From assembly GCA_963769315.1 (NCBI GenBank), contig CAVYLG010000005.1, positions 6,075-70,074 of the forward strand: a DNA stretch of 64,000 bases, given 5' to 3'. This stretch comes from Candidatus Omnitrophota bacterium. GTDB lineage: Bacteria > Omnitrophota > Gorgyraeia > Zapsychrales > Fredricksoniimonadaceae. The notes beneath the pieces are model-generated. The model ran no database searches. It was not told the DNA's origin and saw only the letters and a list, made by a program, of their open reading frames with translations. The position numbers and the translations under genes were made by a program. This document shows, piece after piece, positions 9,048 to 18,739 of this stretch; within the stretch, counting starts at the first letter, position 1; each line of letters starts with the position of its first letter.

Positions 9048-10616
9048 TTATTCAAATTTTATTGGAAATAATTTTATAAGTATTTCTTCAACCAACTTAG
9101 AAAAATTTTCAATCTGTTTGTCAGATATTCCTACTATTGCCCGTTCGTGTATAAACTTACACCTTAAATCATAATAATACTTTATTTTTTTCCAATCATC
9201 AGTGCTAATATTGATATACTTCTTTATTTCTGCATGAACTTTTTCACGACTTTTAAATAATGCTAAAAGATCTTCATTTGAGTACCACTTTCCAGATTCG
9301 TTTACTAGATATTCTTTAAAGGCAATTTCTAATGTGCTATCCAATAAAATTAACGCAATTCTATTTTTTTGTTCCCAATTTTGTCTTACTACTAAATTAC
9401 TTGCGCTAAAACTTTCATAACTTCCTTTAACCCAAGGTTTTTTCTCAAATAAATCTTGATTAAGTTTTGATAATTTTTCATCATAGCTTATTTTTGACTT
9501 CGGTAAAGGAGGTAAAAATGATGTTTTGGCATTTGGAAAATTTTCTACATCCACTGTAGTTATAATCCCTTTTTTATATTTAAATACTTTTTCATCCCAA
9601 TCCCCTTGCCACCTTCTACATAAGGACGCGTAGTCTTTTACAACAGAAACCAACCATTCTCTCAAAGATAAGAATATTTCATTGTTAAAGTTAATGCCAG
9701 ATTTGCTGCTATTCCAAGGCATTAACTTTGCCTTACCTTTTAAATTCACGATGACCCTAGTCAGAGAGATATTAAAATGCGGAATCCCAGCGGCGCCATT
9801 AGAAAAACCGACATAATAATTCTTAAGACTTTTAACAATAAGACGATCATTACAATAAAAATACACGCCGTATTCTCCGGCTGCAGGAGCTGACTCTTGC
9901 GACAATCCAGCAAGCACTTCTACTTTAATTTTTTCTCCTTTAGAAGCAAAAATTGTTCCAATATATCTTCGAGGTTCAAAACCAGGAGGGAATGCCCATT
10001 TTTCAAAACGAATTGAAGAAAGTTTTTCTTGATTAACTGAGATTGATATACCAAAGTTATCAATAAAATTAGCATAAGTTGCGCTTAAATATTTTTTGAG
10101 ACGAGTTTCCGCTTCCTCTGTAATGACATATCTTAATTTTTTTAATTCAATATTGGTTGTGCCTTCAGGAATTTGGTCTACTTCATAATAAGGTAAATTC
10201 CAATCTTCGTTTTCCAACCAAGACTCATCAAAATTAATTTCATAAGTTTTATCTTTTTGATGTCGAGTAATAATTCTTACATCTTGAGCCAAAGCCACTA
10301 CTGCTCTTTTTGTTCCAACACCAAAGATGCCTATGGTTTCATCATTTTCATTATTTCCTGTTTTTCCAGGAGCAATAATGTTAATTAATTCGGTAGAATG
10401 AACTCCCCCAGCATTATCAATAACCATGATTACTTGCTGATCTTTATTTAGAATTATTTCCAAATTAAGTTTTCCAATCTTGCCGTATTTAAACCAAACA
10501 TCTATAGTATTATCGATTAACTCACAAATTGATTTATTTAAATCATAATCAGAAATAATCGACAAGAATAGTCGTTTGGATGGAACAGCTTCTATTGTGC
10601 CTATTTGTTTTTTCAA
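9048..10616 (-). CDS. MORC-like GHKL (HATPase_c_3-type) ATPase with C-terminal HEPN-like domain
   Basis: Bergerat-fold motifs are ELIDNTIDV (ExxxNxxD), VIDNAGGV (DxGxG) and GIFGVGTKRA (GxxGxG). The C-terminal helical domain carries the Rx4H motif RCKFIH (nt 9147-9164). It starts 12 nt after the SIR2 gene stop. Confidence 0.75.
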   Translation of the reverse strand: MKKQIGTIEAVPSKRLFLSIISDYDLNKSICELIDNTIDVWFKYGKIGKLNLEIILNKDQQVIMVIDNAGGVHSTELINIIAPGKTGNNENDETIGIFGVGTKRAVVALAQDVRIITRHQKDKTYEINFDESWLENEDWNLPYYEVDQIPEGTTNIELKKLRYVITEEAETRLKKYLSATYANFIDNFGISISVNQEKLSSIRFEKWAFPPGFEPRRYIGTIFASKGEKIKVEVLAGLSQESAPAAGEYGVYFYCNDRLIVKSLKNYYVGFSNGAAGIPHFNISLTRVIVNLKGKAKLMPWNSSKSGINFNNEIFLSLREWLVSVVKDYASLCRRWQGDWDEKVFKYKKGIITTVDVENFPNAKTSFLPPLPKSKISYDEKLSKLNQDLFEKKPWVKGSYESFSASNLVVRQNWEQKNRIALILLDSTLEIAFKEYLVNESGKWYSNEDLLALFKSREKVHAEIKKYINISTDDWKKIKYYYDLRCKFIHERAIVGISDKQIENFSKLVEEILIKLFPIKFE

Positions 10617-10628
10617 AATTTTTTCTAT

Positions 10629-12245
10629 TTATTTTTTCTGTTTTTGTAAGTCTTTAACTAAGCCCATTACTCCTGAAACCACATCTTTAGCTTCGTTTGC
10701 AGAAATTGATTGAACGCTATGTACAGCAGTATTACGAAGATACATCCATTGCTTAACTTTTTTTTGTATGTTTTCTGGCAATTTACCTCGTTTGGAAGCT
10801 AATGAAAGCAGTGCTAACATTGGAATAAAACGAGCTTCTGGAGTATCAGTATGAGCTACTTGTTTTCGGAGTTCGCTTTCCAATAATGTAAACGCCGAAA
10901 TGACTGCAGCTCGATATGCTCGTATTGAGAGTAAGCGTTGTGGTTCTTCCATTAATGAAGGCTCAAGGGACGTAAAGATATTGCTTAGCCATTTTTCAAT
11001 TCTTCCTAAAAATGTTTTTGGGTCCAGCAATGCATTCCGTTCACGTATCAAATAATCAAATTGTTGAATATCTTTAGGAAGCGACTCGGAATCTTCCACA
11101 ACAATTAATATTCGTGATGGATCAAGTCGTGAGAATGCTAGTTTTAATTCGTAGATTGTATTTTTACTTGAGGCATCAACAACTACTGCTGCTGCTCTAG
11201 AAATTAATGCATCAATCTTGGCGGTAATGTTTTCTCCTGGAGAAATAACTTCTTCAGCTGTTATTGGTACGAGATTTTGACTTTTGACAATTGGAAATAC
11301 TTTGTCCCTATAAAAAGCTTGCAATGAAAATGGAATAGCAAAAAAGCAAAGTCGGGTTGCCGAATTTTCAGGCAAAGACAATTCTTGTAAAGGCTCTTCT
11401 TCAGTAACCTGACTAATTGGAATAATATTTTTACGCACAAAATCTCCTAAATCCTTAAAAGTTTTAGTGAGAGTCTCCTCATAATGATTTTTTGTTCCTG
11501 GCAAATTAATTGGCTTCACTCCCCGTCTTTCATATCTAGCCTGTTCCGGTTGTTTAGCGCCAACAGTTAGGACGTATGCTTGTCTGCGAAGCCTACCAAG
11601 TCGTTCTGAAATAGCTTGCCAAATCATTCGAAAATCTGGATCTTCTAGGCTATAACCAATAAAAATTGGAGTACGAGTAATCATGAGGCTCGAAAGATAA
11701 GTTACCATAAGAGGATATCGACTAATAAAAAGATCATAATCATCTTCTGTGAGTATCATTCGTTGTGGATGATGGATATCGCCATGAAGTTTTATGAGGC
11801 GAACACTAGAATCTTGCGAAGTTATCGACAATTGATCTTCATCAATAATTGGTTGACAATAACGCTGCACCATTTCGTAGGCACGCTCAATGAGAAAATC
11901 AAAATTTGTAGTACATACGATATCAAATTGAAGTTCAGCAAAGGCTTTATGGGCCATTCCTGGACGGGCTTTCCCAACAAGAAGAATATGACGTAATCTT
12001 TCAATTAACTTTGCTCGAGAATAATCATGAGCATATGCGGAAATTGCATCAATTGGACCTGTGTAAGGATAATCTTCAATTTCTTCTGCAAGTTTTCTGC
12101 CCAACTCATCCCAAAGTGGAATTTTTTTCCCTCCTGGTACTATAGCATTCAGAGAAAATCCAGCACCTACAATTGGCAGCCATCTACCTTCAAGAAGATC
12201 TTGAAGTAGTGGTTGAGGAAAATGTTTAAGATGACTTGGAATCAT
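10629..12245 (-). CDS. SIR2-family (SIR2_2-type) protein with a central Rossmann-like module and C-terminal HEPN-like domain
   Basis: SIR2 motifs are LPIVGAGFSLNA, CTTNFDFLIERAY and LIKLHGD. The middle region (CFFAIPFS...AAVVVDASSKNTIYELKLA) looks like a TIR/SLOG-like alpha/beta module (weak call). The C-terminus has RNTAVH (Rx4H) at nt 10719-10736. Confidence 0.8.
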   Translation of the reverse strand: MIPSHLKHFPQPLLQDLLEGRWLPIVGAGFSLNAIVPGGKKIPLWDELGRKLAEEIEDYPYTGPIDAISAYAHDYSRAKLIERLRHILLVGKARPGMAHKAFAELQFDIVCTTNFDFLIERAYEMVQRYCQPIIDEDQLSITSQDSSVRLIKLHGDIHHPQRMILTEDDYDLFISRYPLMVTYLSSLMITRTPIFIGYSLEDPDFRMIWQAISERLGRLRRQAYVLTVGAKQPEQARYERRGVKPINLPGTKNHYEETLTKTFKDLGDFVRKNIIPISQVTEEEPLQELSLPENSATRLCFFAIPFSLQAFYRDKVFPIVKSQNLVPITAEEVISPGENITAKIDALISRAAAVVVDASSKNTIYELKLAFSRLDPSRILIVVEDSESLPKDIQQFDYLIRERNALLDPKTFLGRIEKWLSNIFTSLEPSLMEEPQRLLSIRAYRAAVISAFTLLESELRKQVAHTDTPEARFIPMLALLSLASKRGKLPENIQKKVKQWMYLRNTAVHSVQSISANEAKDVVSGVMGLVKDLQKQKK

Positions 12246-12278
12246 ATAACTCTCTCACACCTATCAAGGTGCTAAATA

Positions 12279-12512
12279 TTAATTTTCCTTATAAAAAATT
12301 CTATTTGGTTTTTTTAAATGATATTTCTTTATATAATTTTCTAAATCAGCTAATGCTTTTTCTTTCGATTCAAAGGAGTCAGTGCTTGTTACTGATTCAA
12401 TTTTACCAGCTTGAAATCCATTTTTAGTTTCATCTTGATCTTTTGTGCAATATAACCATTCCCATCTATTTCCATTGTCAAAAATATTAATAATAACATC
12501 GCTTTTTTTCAT
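12279..12512 (-). CDS. Small hypothetical protein (77 aa) inside the SIR2/HEPN operon
   Basis: Intact ORF, 18 nt downstream of the HEPN gene and 33 nt upstream of the SIR2 gene. Only a faint resemblance to YegP/DUF1508-like small domains. Confidence 0.5.
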   Translation of the reverse strand: MKKSDVIINIFDNGNRWEWLYCTKDQDETKNGFQAGKIESVTSTDSFESKEKALADLENYIKKYHLKKPNRIFYKEN

Positions 12513-12530
12513 TAATTTCTCATTAAATTT

Positions 12531-13328
12531 TTAAGAAATCGTTTTAGTAATTTTTTCTACACCTATAATCAAATCTTCAATCTGATCTTTTGTTGGCTCA
12601 TTCTTTTTATCATGATCACAAAGATTTCTTAAATCACCCAAATGTAGAATAAATCTCCAGCTCGGTAAATCAATCACACTATTATCTTTTAGCGCTTGAT
12701 TATAATCATTAATCGTCGATTTTTTATTTGCAATGCTAATTTTATGATTACCACATACTTGAGATAAATGTTTTTCCAACACAACACCTGTCATCGCTCC
12801 AGCGGCACGTATAAAACCATTTTTATTTAATTCCCTTGCTGCTTTTAATTCTGAATCAAATAAATCTGACTGTATAAGAATTTTGATATCGAATAAGGAG
12901 CTATCAAATCTCTTTTCAACTGACTTTAAAATATTTAGTTGTTGTTTGAATTTTGTAACGGCAGCTTTTGGACCTGCTATTTCATCTAAGCCACGCGTTA
13001 CACTAATTCCATGTAAATAATCTTCAATAACATAACTATCGTTCGTAATTTCCTTTCTTTTTGGCTTTTCATATAATCTAACAAAATCATTAATACGGTC
13101 AGGAAGTAAAAGCTTAATTATCGACAAAGATTCTGAATACCAAGATTGATATTTATTTATAAAACTTGGTATAGATTTGATAAAGGGTTCTGCCTCATCT
13201 TTAAAAATTTTTTTTATTTGAGTTGTAAAATTCTCTGGAAAACATTCATATTGAATAGCATCATAAAGAGCATCACCAAAAGAAATAAGCTTTTTTAAAT
13301 CATTTTTATATTTTTCTAAGTTAGTCAA
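12531..13328 (-). CDS. HEPN-like domain protein (265 aa), first gene of the SIR2/GHKL operon
   Basis: The C-terminal helical domain reads AAGAMTGVVLEKHL...LGDLRNLCDH, with Rx4H at nt 12612-12629. TTG start; a TATAAT-like box lies about 14 nt upstream. Confidence 0.6.
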   Translation of the reverse strand: MTNLEKYKNDLKKLISFGDALYDAIQYECFPENFTTQIKKIFKDEAEPFIKSIPSFINKYQSWYSESLSIIKLLLPDRINDFVRLYEKPKRKEITNDSYVIEDYLHGISVTRGLDEIAGPKAAVTKFKQQLNILKSVEKRFDSSLFDIKILIQSDLFDSELKAARELNKNGFIRAAGAMTGVVLEKHLSQVCGNHKISIANKKSTINDYNQALKDNSVIDLPSWRFILHLGDLRNLCDHDKKNEPTKDQIEDLIIGVEKITKTIS

Positions 13329-13404
13329 TTTATCTATCCCTAATTATATAAATCAAAATTCCCTCTTTTAATATATTCCTATGAACTTAGCCAGTTCCAA
13401 TAAA

Positions 13405-15383
13405 TTATAATACTACAAATCCAATCCCTTTTAAATAATCATAAATAGGGTCATAATATATAGGGCTTCTCGTTGGATCTTGAATATCCCCTTTTGGGAC
13501 AACAATAACCATTCCTTGCCGGGCACGTGTCAATAAGACCCTATAGGCATTCTTAAGATACTCCTTGCGTTCGGGTTTGTTAATAGACAGCCACTTACTT
13601 CCACGAAATGTATGGCTCCCCCACTTATTCCCAAGATATCTAAAATCAGCATCCCAAGTAACACAAACCCAGTCAAGTTCTAGGCCTTGGATATGAAACT
13701 CTGTTGCTACATCTTCAAGATAATACGAAGAACGCACATCTTCCTTATCATCCAAAAACCAATGAATTGGGTCCATGGGTGATTTTACATCTATTGCATG
13801 GGGCTTTAAACGTTCTGCTTGCGAAGATACGACAATCCCGTAACGCTCGGTTCCCCTTGCCTTTTCTCTTAACCACTGTTTTGCTTTCTTTAAATCTCTT
13901 GTTATAACAATTGGATATTTAGAGCTTATTTGTTTTAAGGTTTCCTGTGCTCCTTTAAGGTTTAAATCTAGCATTTGCTTAACTAATAATGAAACATGCT
14001 CTGCGCGAAAGGAACGCATAGATACTGAAAGATGTAAATTATCGCTATAAGTGACATTATTCAGGGAACTCAAGGTTTTAAGAGTTTCTGTTGCCCGATA
14101 TTCCTCATCTGTAAGCCTGGAAGAGATATAAATCTTCCAATGAGAGTATTTCTCCTTTAACGAATTAATCCATTCACTTATACCCGCTTCTCCAGTATTG
14201 ATCTCCTGCCCTCCACCCACTAAACAAACAATGACTGCCCAATCAGAATGGCGATCAAGACAGGATATAAGAAATTCCGGTTCGGATAAGCTAAAGTCTG
14301 GCTTGCCTTTCTTGCGACGCATAAAATCTATTGTTTGTTCCTTATTCCATGCCCGTTGGGCTTCATCAAACAAGGCTACGTGTTCGATAGGCGCTTTAAA
14401 GGCATCAACAAGGCATTCATCTCTAAAGTTATGGACGTTCTGAATGAACATCTTAACTTCTGACATTACTTCGCCTTTTCTTTTTTTACCGCCAAGTTTC
14501 TTAATACGGCTTAAGTTTGTCTCGTGCTAACGCTTCCCTCAAAATTAAAACTAGCGGGCCATTGCCTGACAAAAAGACGCTATACATGTCATTGGATTTG
14601 TCACAATGTTTGGTGGCGATATCTAGACCTACCAAGGTCTTTCCAGCTCCAGGGACACCTGTAACAAAACATATGGATTTCTGATGTTTATCTTTGGAGA
14701 GCTTAATAATGTTGGATATTTCATTTGATGTTTGAGTTAGGTTATAGCTCTTTGCATCATTTCGTGAAATATCTTTAACCGCATGGCCGGCATATAGCGC
14801 CATAGCAGCTTCAACTATGGTAGGAGTTGGGGAATATTGGCCATTTTCCCAATTATTGCTTTCAATAGTATTGCCATCTGCAAGACGCAATACGTTATTA
14901 ATAGCCTCTTCTAGAAGCTTGTTCATTGATTTTGATAGGGAAGAACAGTTTATCGTTCTGAGGTGTTAAAACAACGGTAAAATCCGAACAAATTGCCTGA
15001 GTGGCGATAAGTATGGGGGCTACGTATTGATTATGACTTGTTGCATGGAAGTTCTTAAGATCCAAGGCATAATCTAAGACCTGATCTATGGCATAATTTG
15101 TAAATAGCTTCTCCCCTATTTTAAACTCTAAAACGAAGATGACAGGCCCGATTAATAAGACCACATCAATGCGTTGCCCCATTCTGGGCACTGAATACTC
15201 AAAATATACGGTCCCTTCATAAGACTTTAAGCAATTTCGAAGAATTTCTATCTGTTTGACCCAGGCATCACGCTGGGTTTGTTCTATGGCGAAGTCACTC
15301 TGTGCTGTTAGTTTCCCTAAAACTTCATCGATTGAAAATATTTGGAAGTTCTTTATGGAATCGGAATAGTAGGAGCGTTTCAC
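13405..15383 (-). pseudogene. DUF2075-family nuclease/P-loop NTPase split over three reading frames (no S24 domain)
   Basis: 14898..15383 carries the PD-(D/E)xK-like core RIDVVLLIG...FVLEFKIGEK. 14501..14926 carries the Walker A motif [10 protein letters not shown]. 13405..14466 carries the Walker B motif [10 protein letters not shown] and [16 protein letters not shown]. The three pieces lie in three different frames. Confidence 0.7.
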
Positions 15384-15442
15384 GAAACCCCATCTCTAAT
15401 GGAAAATTTATATCAAATAAACTTAATTAGAAGAAAGCCGAA

Positions 15443-15757
15443 CTATTGTTTTATGTAAGCTTCCGCTGTCTGCTTATAGATTTCAAGGATATCTTGAGCG
15501 CATTCATTGAGACTAACTTCATCCATAAGATTAACAGAAGCAGCAATTTGACCCTCTTCCCTAACTTGATCAAATGCCGTAAACTTTTGCATTAATTTAT
15601 TAAATTTTAATCTAGAATCTTCCGGTAAATCTTTTTCCGGCGTTATATGTATTAAGTCATAAACTGCAATATTAATTAATCGAGTTCTAATATCACTATT
15701 TGATACTAATGATGACATTGCATTAGTTAATTTCTCCCAGCCATATCCATATTTCAT
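15443..15757 (-). CDS. Hypothetical protein (104 aa)
   Basis: Intact ORF between the two DUF2075 genes. No motif recognised. Confidence 0.45.
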   Translation of the reverse strand: MKYGYGWEKLTNAMSSLVSNSDIRTRLINIAVYDLIHITPEKDLPEDSRLKFNKLMQKFTAFDQVREEGQIAASVNLMDEVSLNECAQDILEIYKQTAEAYIKQ

Positions 15758-15824
15758 TGTATACCTCCTTTAATCCTAAAATTCGTTAAGAAATTATATT
15801 CTTATTTCAATTCTCGCAATGACG

Positions 15825-18212
15825 TTAAGAAAGGACTTTTATAAATTCAGCCACAATCATAAACTCCCCTTCTTCCGAATTAGGGATAACAATGGTTTTA
15901 TAAGATGGATTTAAAGGCAGAAGATTGATTTCTTCATGAACCCATGTATCATCTTCACCCTGTCGCTTTTTACTGGTGTATTTCTTAACGGTGTACTTGC
16001 CTCCGGTATCTTGGTCAATAATACTATTATGTTGGACCAAGACGATCTTATTATTACGGCTTCCTACAACCGGTGTGCGGAAAAGACAGTAGCTTCCATC
16101 GGCAATTAACGGCTCCATTGATTTGCCAATGACCTTTGTGACAAACATGTTACGGGTTAAGCGACCAACGTCTTCGGCTTTGATCCAGCCTTCTATTTCG
16201 GCTGAAACTCCTTCTCCAAAATTACCGCAGGCGGCGGCTAAGGTATAAACCGGTAAATATTCTGTATATTCGAGGTTTTTGGGAATAGATTCATGTACTT
16301 TAAGAGAACTTTCTTCTTCCTTGGATATAACATCGGAAAACATGAGCGTTTTATCCTTCAAAGGATCATAGGCCATTCGGGATTGAAAATATTCTTTTGT
16401 ATCTTTATCCATGAAATAAACAAATACCCCCTTATGGGCGCGGGAAAGCAATACCCGATAAACATTTTTTAAATGATTCACCAGGTCTTTATTATTTCTG
16501 GTTACTTGGGTATCGAAGGATTTATCCGGAACGCTTTCCCAAGTTTGCTTTGACTTGTTCCAAACCAGATCATTACCAAAAATTATGCCTATATAATCAA
16601 ATTCAAATCCCTGGGCCGTATAAACTGTGCCGACTTGCTCCATTCCACAGGGATCAGTGGCCCATTTCCAAAACTCCTTTTTGTTTTCCCAGGGCATTTG
16701 AAAATCTCCGATCTTAACATCATTGACCAAGTTGCCATCAGGATTTGGCTCACTCCATGCCCAACAAAAGCCGGCAACCAGCCTTGAATGATTAGGCCTT
16801 AATTCATTCTTCTCTATAATAGTTTTCTTTAAATCTTGGGGAGAATCAAAGATCTTAAATTCCATCTTGGGGTCAAACCTTGCCATATCAATATCCCGTA
16901 TCTCCAAGACTTTATCAAGCCACTGAAGATAGGCATCTGAGCCGGAACAACGGAATTGTGTTTTTAACTCAAATTCAGCGATATTTGATCCCTCAACACC
17001 GATCTTCTTTGCAGTTTCCTTAATTAACGCCACACTACCGATTTCTTTGGGCCTTACAATCTGGTATTCATCCAGGAAAAATATAGATAATTTTGCGGGC
17101 CTTATAAGGTCCTCGACCTGAGGATTCTTTGATCTAAATTTATTAGGAACTGCAAAATCATTGCTATTTGCCCTTATCCTATGGGCTTCATCACAAATCA
17201 AGACATCGAGTTCATTTTCTCCAAGTTGTGTAAAATTAAAAAAGAACTTAAATAAATTGGAAGCCCTTCTGCCTACGATCTTTCGCAAGGTATTAGTAAA
17301 TGCAGATGAGCCTGTGGCATGATAAACAACCTTCCCCTGCCTCATAAGTTCACCCATTACTTCTAAAGCAATGACTGATTTGCCGGTACCTGGCCCACCT
17401 TTTACGATAACAATGGACTTTTGGCCTATTTTTGACAGATGGGTCGCCTTATGCATTATTGCGTTAAATGCTGCTATTTGATCATCTATAAGATTAAAGA
17501 TCTGCTGCTTATGGATCATCTCCCCCGTATGATCGAGCAATCTCTTGGAAGGCCTGGCCGGACTTACTATAAACCGGTTAAAAACCTCAAAACCAGGATC
17601 GTTCTTTAGCCTTTCTTTCAAATACTGGCCTAGATCCTGGACGTCTTCTTTGCTAAATAAGGGGAATGTTTTAATAATCTTGCTAAATTTGGGCAGGCGT
17701 AATACATCTATACCTTGGCGGGAATAGTTATGGCAATAAGCGCAGGAATTTAATTCTGTCGGAGGGTCATCTTGAAATACTTTGAGAAAATCCAGGAGAT
17801 CATAATGGTATCCTTGCACCTGAAGGCAAGGATGAGGCACTTCCTTCTTCCCAAGAAAATCAATAATTACATTACCTTCGTTTTCGCAATCATGGACATG
17901 GTCATTAGACCATTGCTTTAACTCTATCAGTACAACACTATCCTTGTCCCTTAAATCCTTCCCAAAGATCAAAACATCAATTCTTCTTGTTGAATATGGC
18001 AGTTCATATTCGATGATTATCTTATTCTCTTGCAGGCCGGACAAGGTGAATGAATTATTGAGGACATTTAAGGATTGATTCCAGGCCCTATACTCTGACT
18101 CTTGCGGGACCCTATGATAATGCTTTGAATAGGCGAATTTGAGCTTATCTGCTATGCGGTTTTGGAGGACATCGTTGTTAAAGGCGGCTATGGTGTCGTC
18201 GTAAAGCTTCAT
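15825..18212 (-). CDS. DUF2075 nuclease/P-loop NTPase fused to a LexA/UmuD-type S24 peptidase domain (copy 1)
   Basis: Same architecture as 33506..35893 (27 substitutions by my count). The start is set at ATG 18210-18212 (MKLYDD) as in copy 2. The ORF-track extension to 18254 (MPFRRKPESSRKPP) reads through an intergenic repeat. Confidence 0.85.
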   Translation of the reverse strand: MKLYDDTIAAFNNDVLQNRIADKLKFAYSKHYHRVPQESEYRAWNQSLNVLNNSFTLSGLQENKIIIEYELPYSTRRIDVLIFGKDLRDKDSVVLIELKQWSNDHVHDCENEGNVIIDFLGKKEVPHPCLQVQGYHYDLLDFLKVFQDDPPTELNSCAYCHNYSRQGIDVLRLPKFSKIIKTFPLFSKEDVQDLGQYLKERLKNDPGFEVFNRFIVSPARPSKRLLDHTGEMIHKQQIFNLIDDQIAAFNAIMHKATHLSKIGQKSIVIVKGGPGTGKSVIALEVMGELMRQGKVVYHATGSSAFTNTLRKIVGRRASNLFKFFFNFTQLGENELDVLICDEAHRIRANSNDFAVPNKFRSKNPQVEDLIRPAKLSIFFLDEYQIVRPKEIGSVALIKETAKKIGVEGSNIAEFELKTQFRCSGSDAYLQWLDKVLEIRDIDMARFDPKMEFKIFDSPQDLKKTIIEKNELRPNHSRLVAGFCWAWSEPNPDGNLVNDVKIGDFQMPWENKKEFWKWATDPCGMEQVGTVYTAQGFEFDYIGIIFGNDLVWNKSKQTWESVPDKSFDTQVTRNNKDLVNHLKNVYRVLLSRAHKGVFVYFMDKDTKEYFQSRMAYDPLKDKTLMFSDVISKEEESSLKVHESIPKNLEYTEYLPVYTLAAACGNFGEGVSAEIEGWIKAEDVGRLTRNMFVTKVIGKSMEPLIADGSYCLFRTPVVGSRNNKIVLVQHNSIIDQDTGGKYTVKKYTSKKRQGEDDTWVHEEINLLPLNPSYKTIVIPNSEEGEFMIVAEFIKVLS

Positions 18213-18331
18213 TGGGGGCTTTCTTGAAGATTCCGGCTTGCGCCGGAATGGCACAATACAGGTACTGGATTCCCGCTTTCCCCCACAGAAGCCTGGGGGC
18301 AGGCGCGGGAATGACAGTGTTTTGACTTCAT

Positions 18332-18679
18332 TTATAAGCGATTATATTTGGTATGTCTCCCTTTAGCTTTGTGTATGGGGTATTTTAGGGCGTTTTTCTT
18401 CATTTTATTGACCATTGCGCTTTTTAAATCTATTCCTAAATTATCTGCCAATTCAAAAAGATACATAGCCACATCAGCAAGTTCGTCCGAAATTTCGTTT
18501 TTGCAATTTTTCCCATGCTGTTCAACTTCTTTTAGTGATTTCCATTGAAAATGCTCTAACACTTCTGAAGCTTCCAATACCAAAGAAAGTGCCACGTCCT
18601 TATGATTATGAAATTGTTTCCAGTCGCGTTCATCCCTAAATTTCTTTATCTTTTCAGTAATTGTTTTAATTTCATTCAT
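18332..18679 (-). CDS. MazG-like all-alpha nucleotide pyrophosphohydrolase (copy 1)
   Basis: FRDERDWKQFHNHKDVALSLVLEASEVLEHFQW ... SDELADVAMYLFELADNLGIDL is the typical small dimeric MazG-like NTP-PPase pattern. Paralog at 38603..38950. Confidence 0.8.
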   Translation of the reverse strand: MNEIKTITEKIKKFRDERDWKQFHNHKDVALSLVLEASEVLEHFQWKSLKEVEQHGKNCKNEISDELADVAMYLFELADNLGIDLKSAMVNKMKKNALKYPIHKAKGRHTKYNRL

Positions 18680-18732
18680 TTAAACTCTCCCCACCGCTTC
18701 CCTATACTTTGGGGGGTGTAATACTTTGACAT
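18676..18732 (-). CDS. 18-codon mini-ORF, a collapsed (start fused to end) copy of the 39581..40330 nuclease gene, overlapping the MazG-like start by ATGA
   Basis: My translation gives MSKYYTPQSIGKRWGEFK*. The first 8 codons equal the start of 39581..40330 (MSKYYTPQ) and the following codons match its end (Y-R-E-A-A-G-K-R region). Confidence 0.3.
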   Translation of the reverse strand: MSKYYTPQSIGKRWGEFK

Positions 18733-18739
18733 TAGGTCA

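Noticed and set aside
18213-18254. N-terminal extension MPFRRKPESSRKPP of the DUF2075-S24 ORF in the track.
   Set aside because: The paralog at 33506..35893 starts at MKLYDD. Homology between the copies ends ~10 nt upstream of that ATG. The extension translates an intergenic ccggaat/gcgggaatgac-type repeat.
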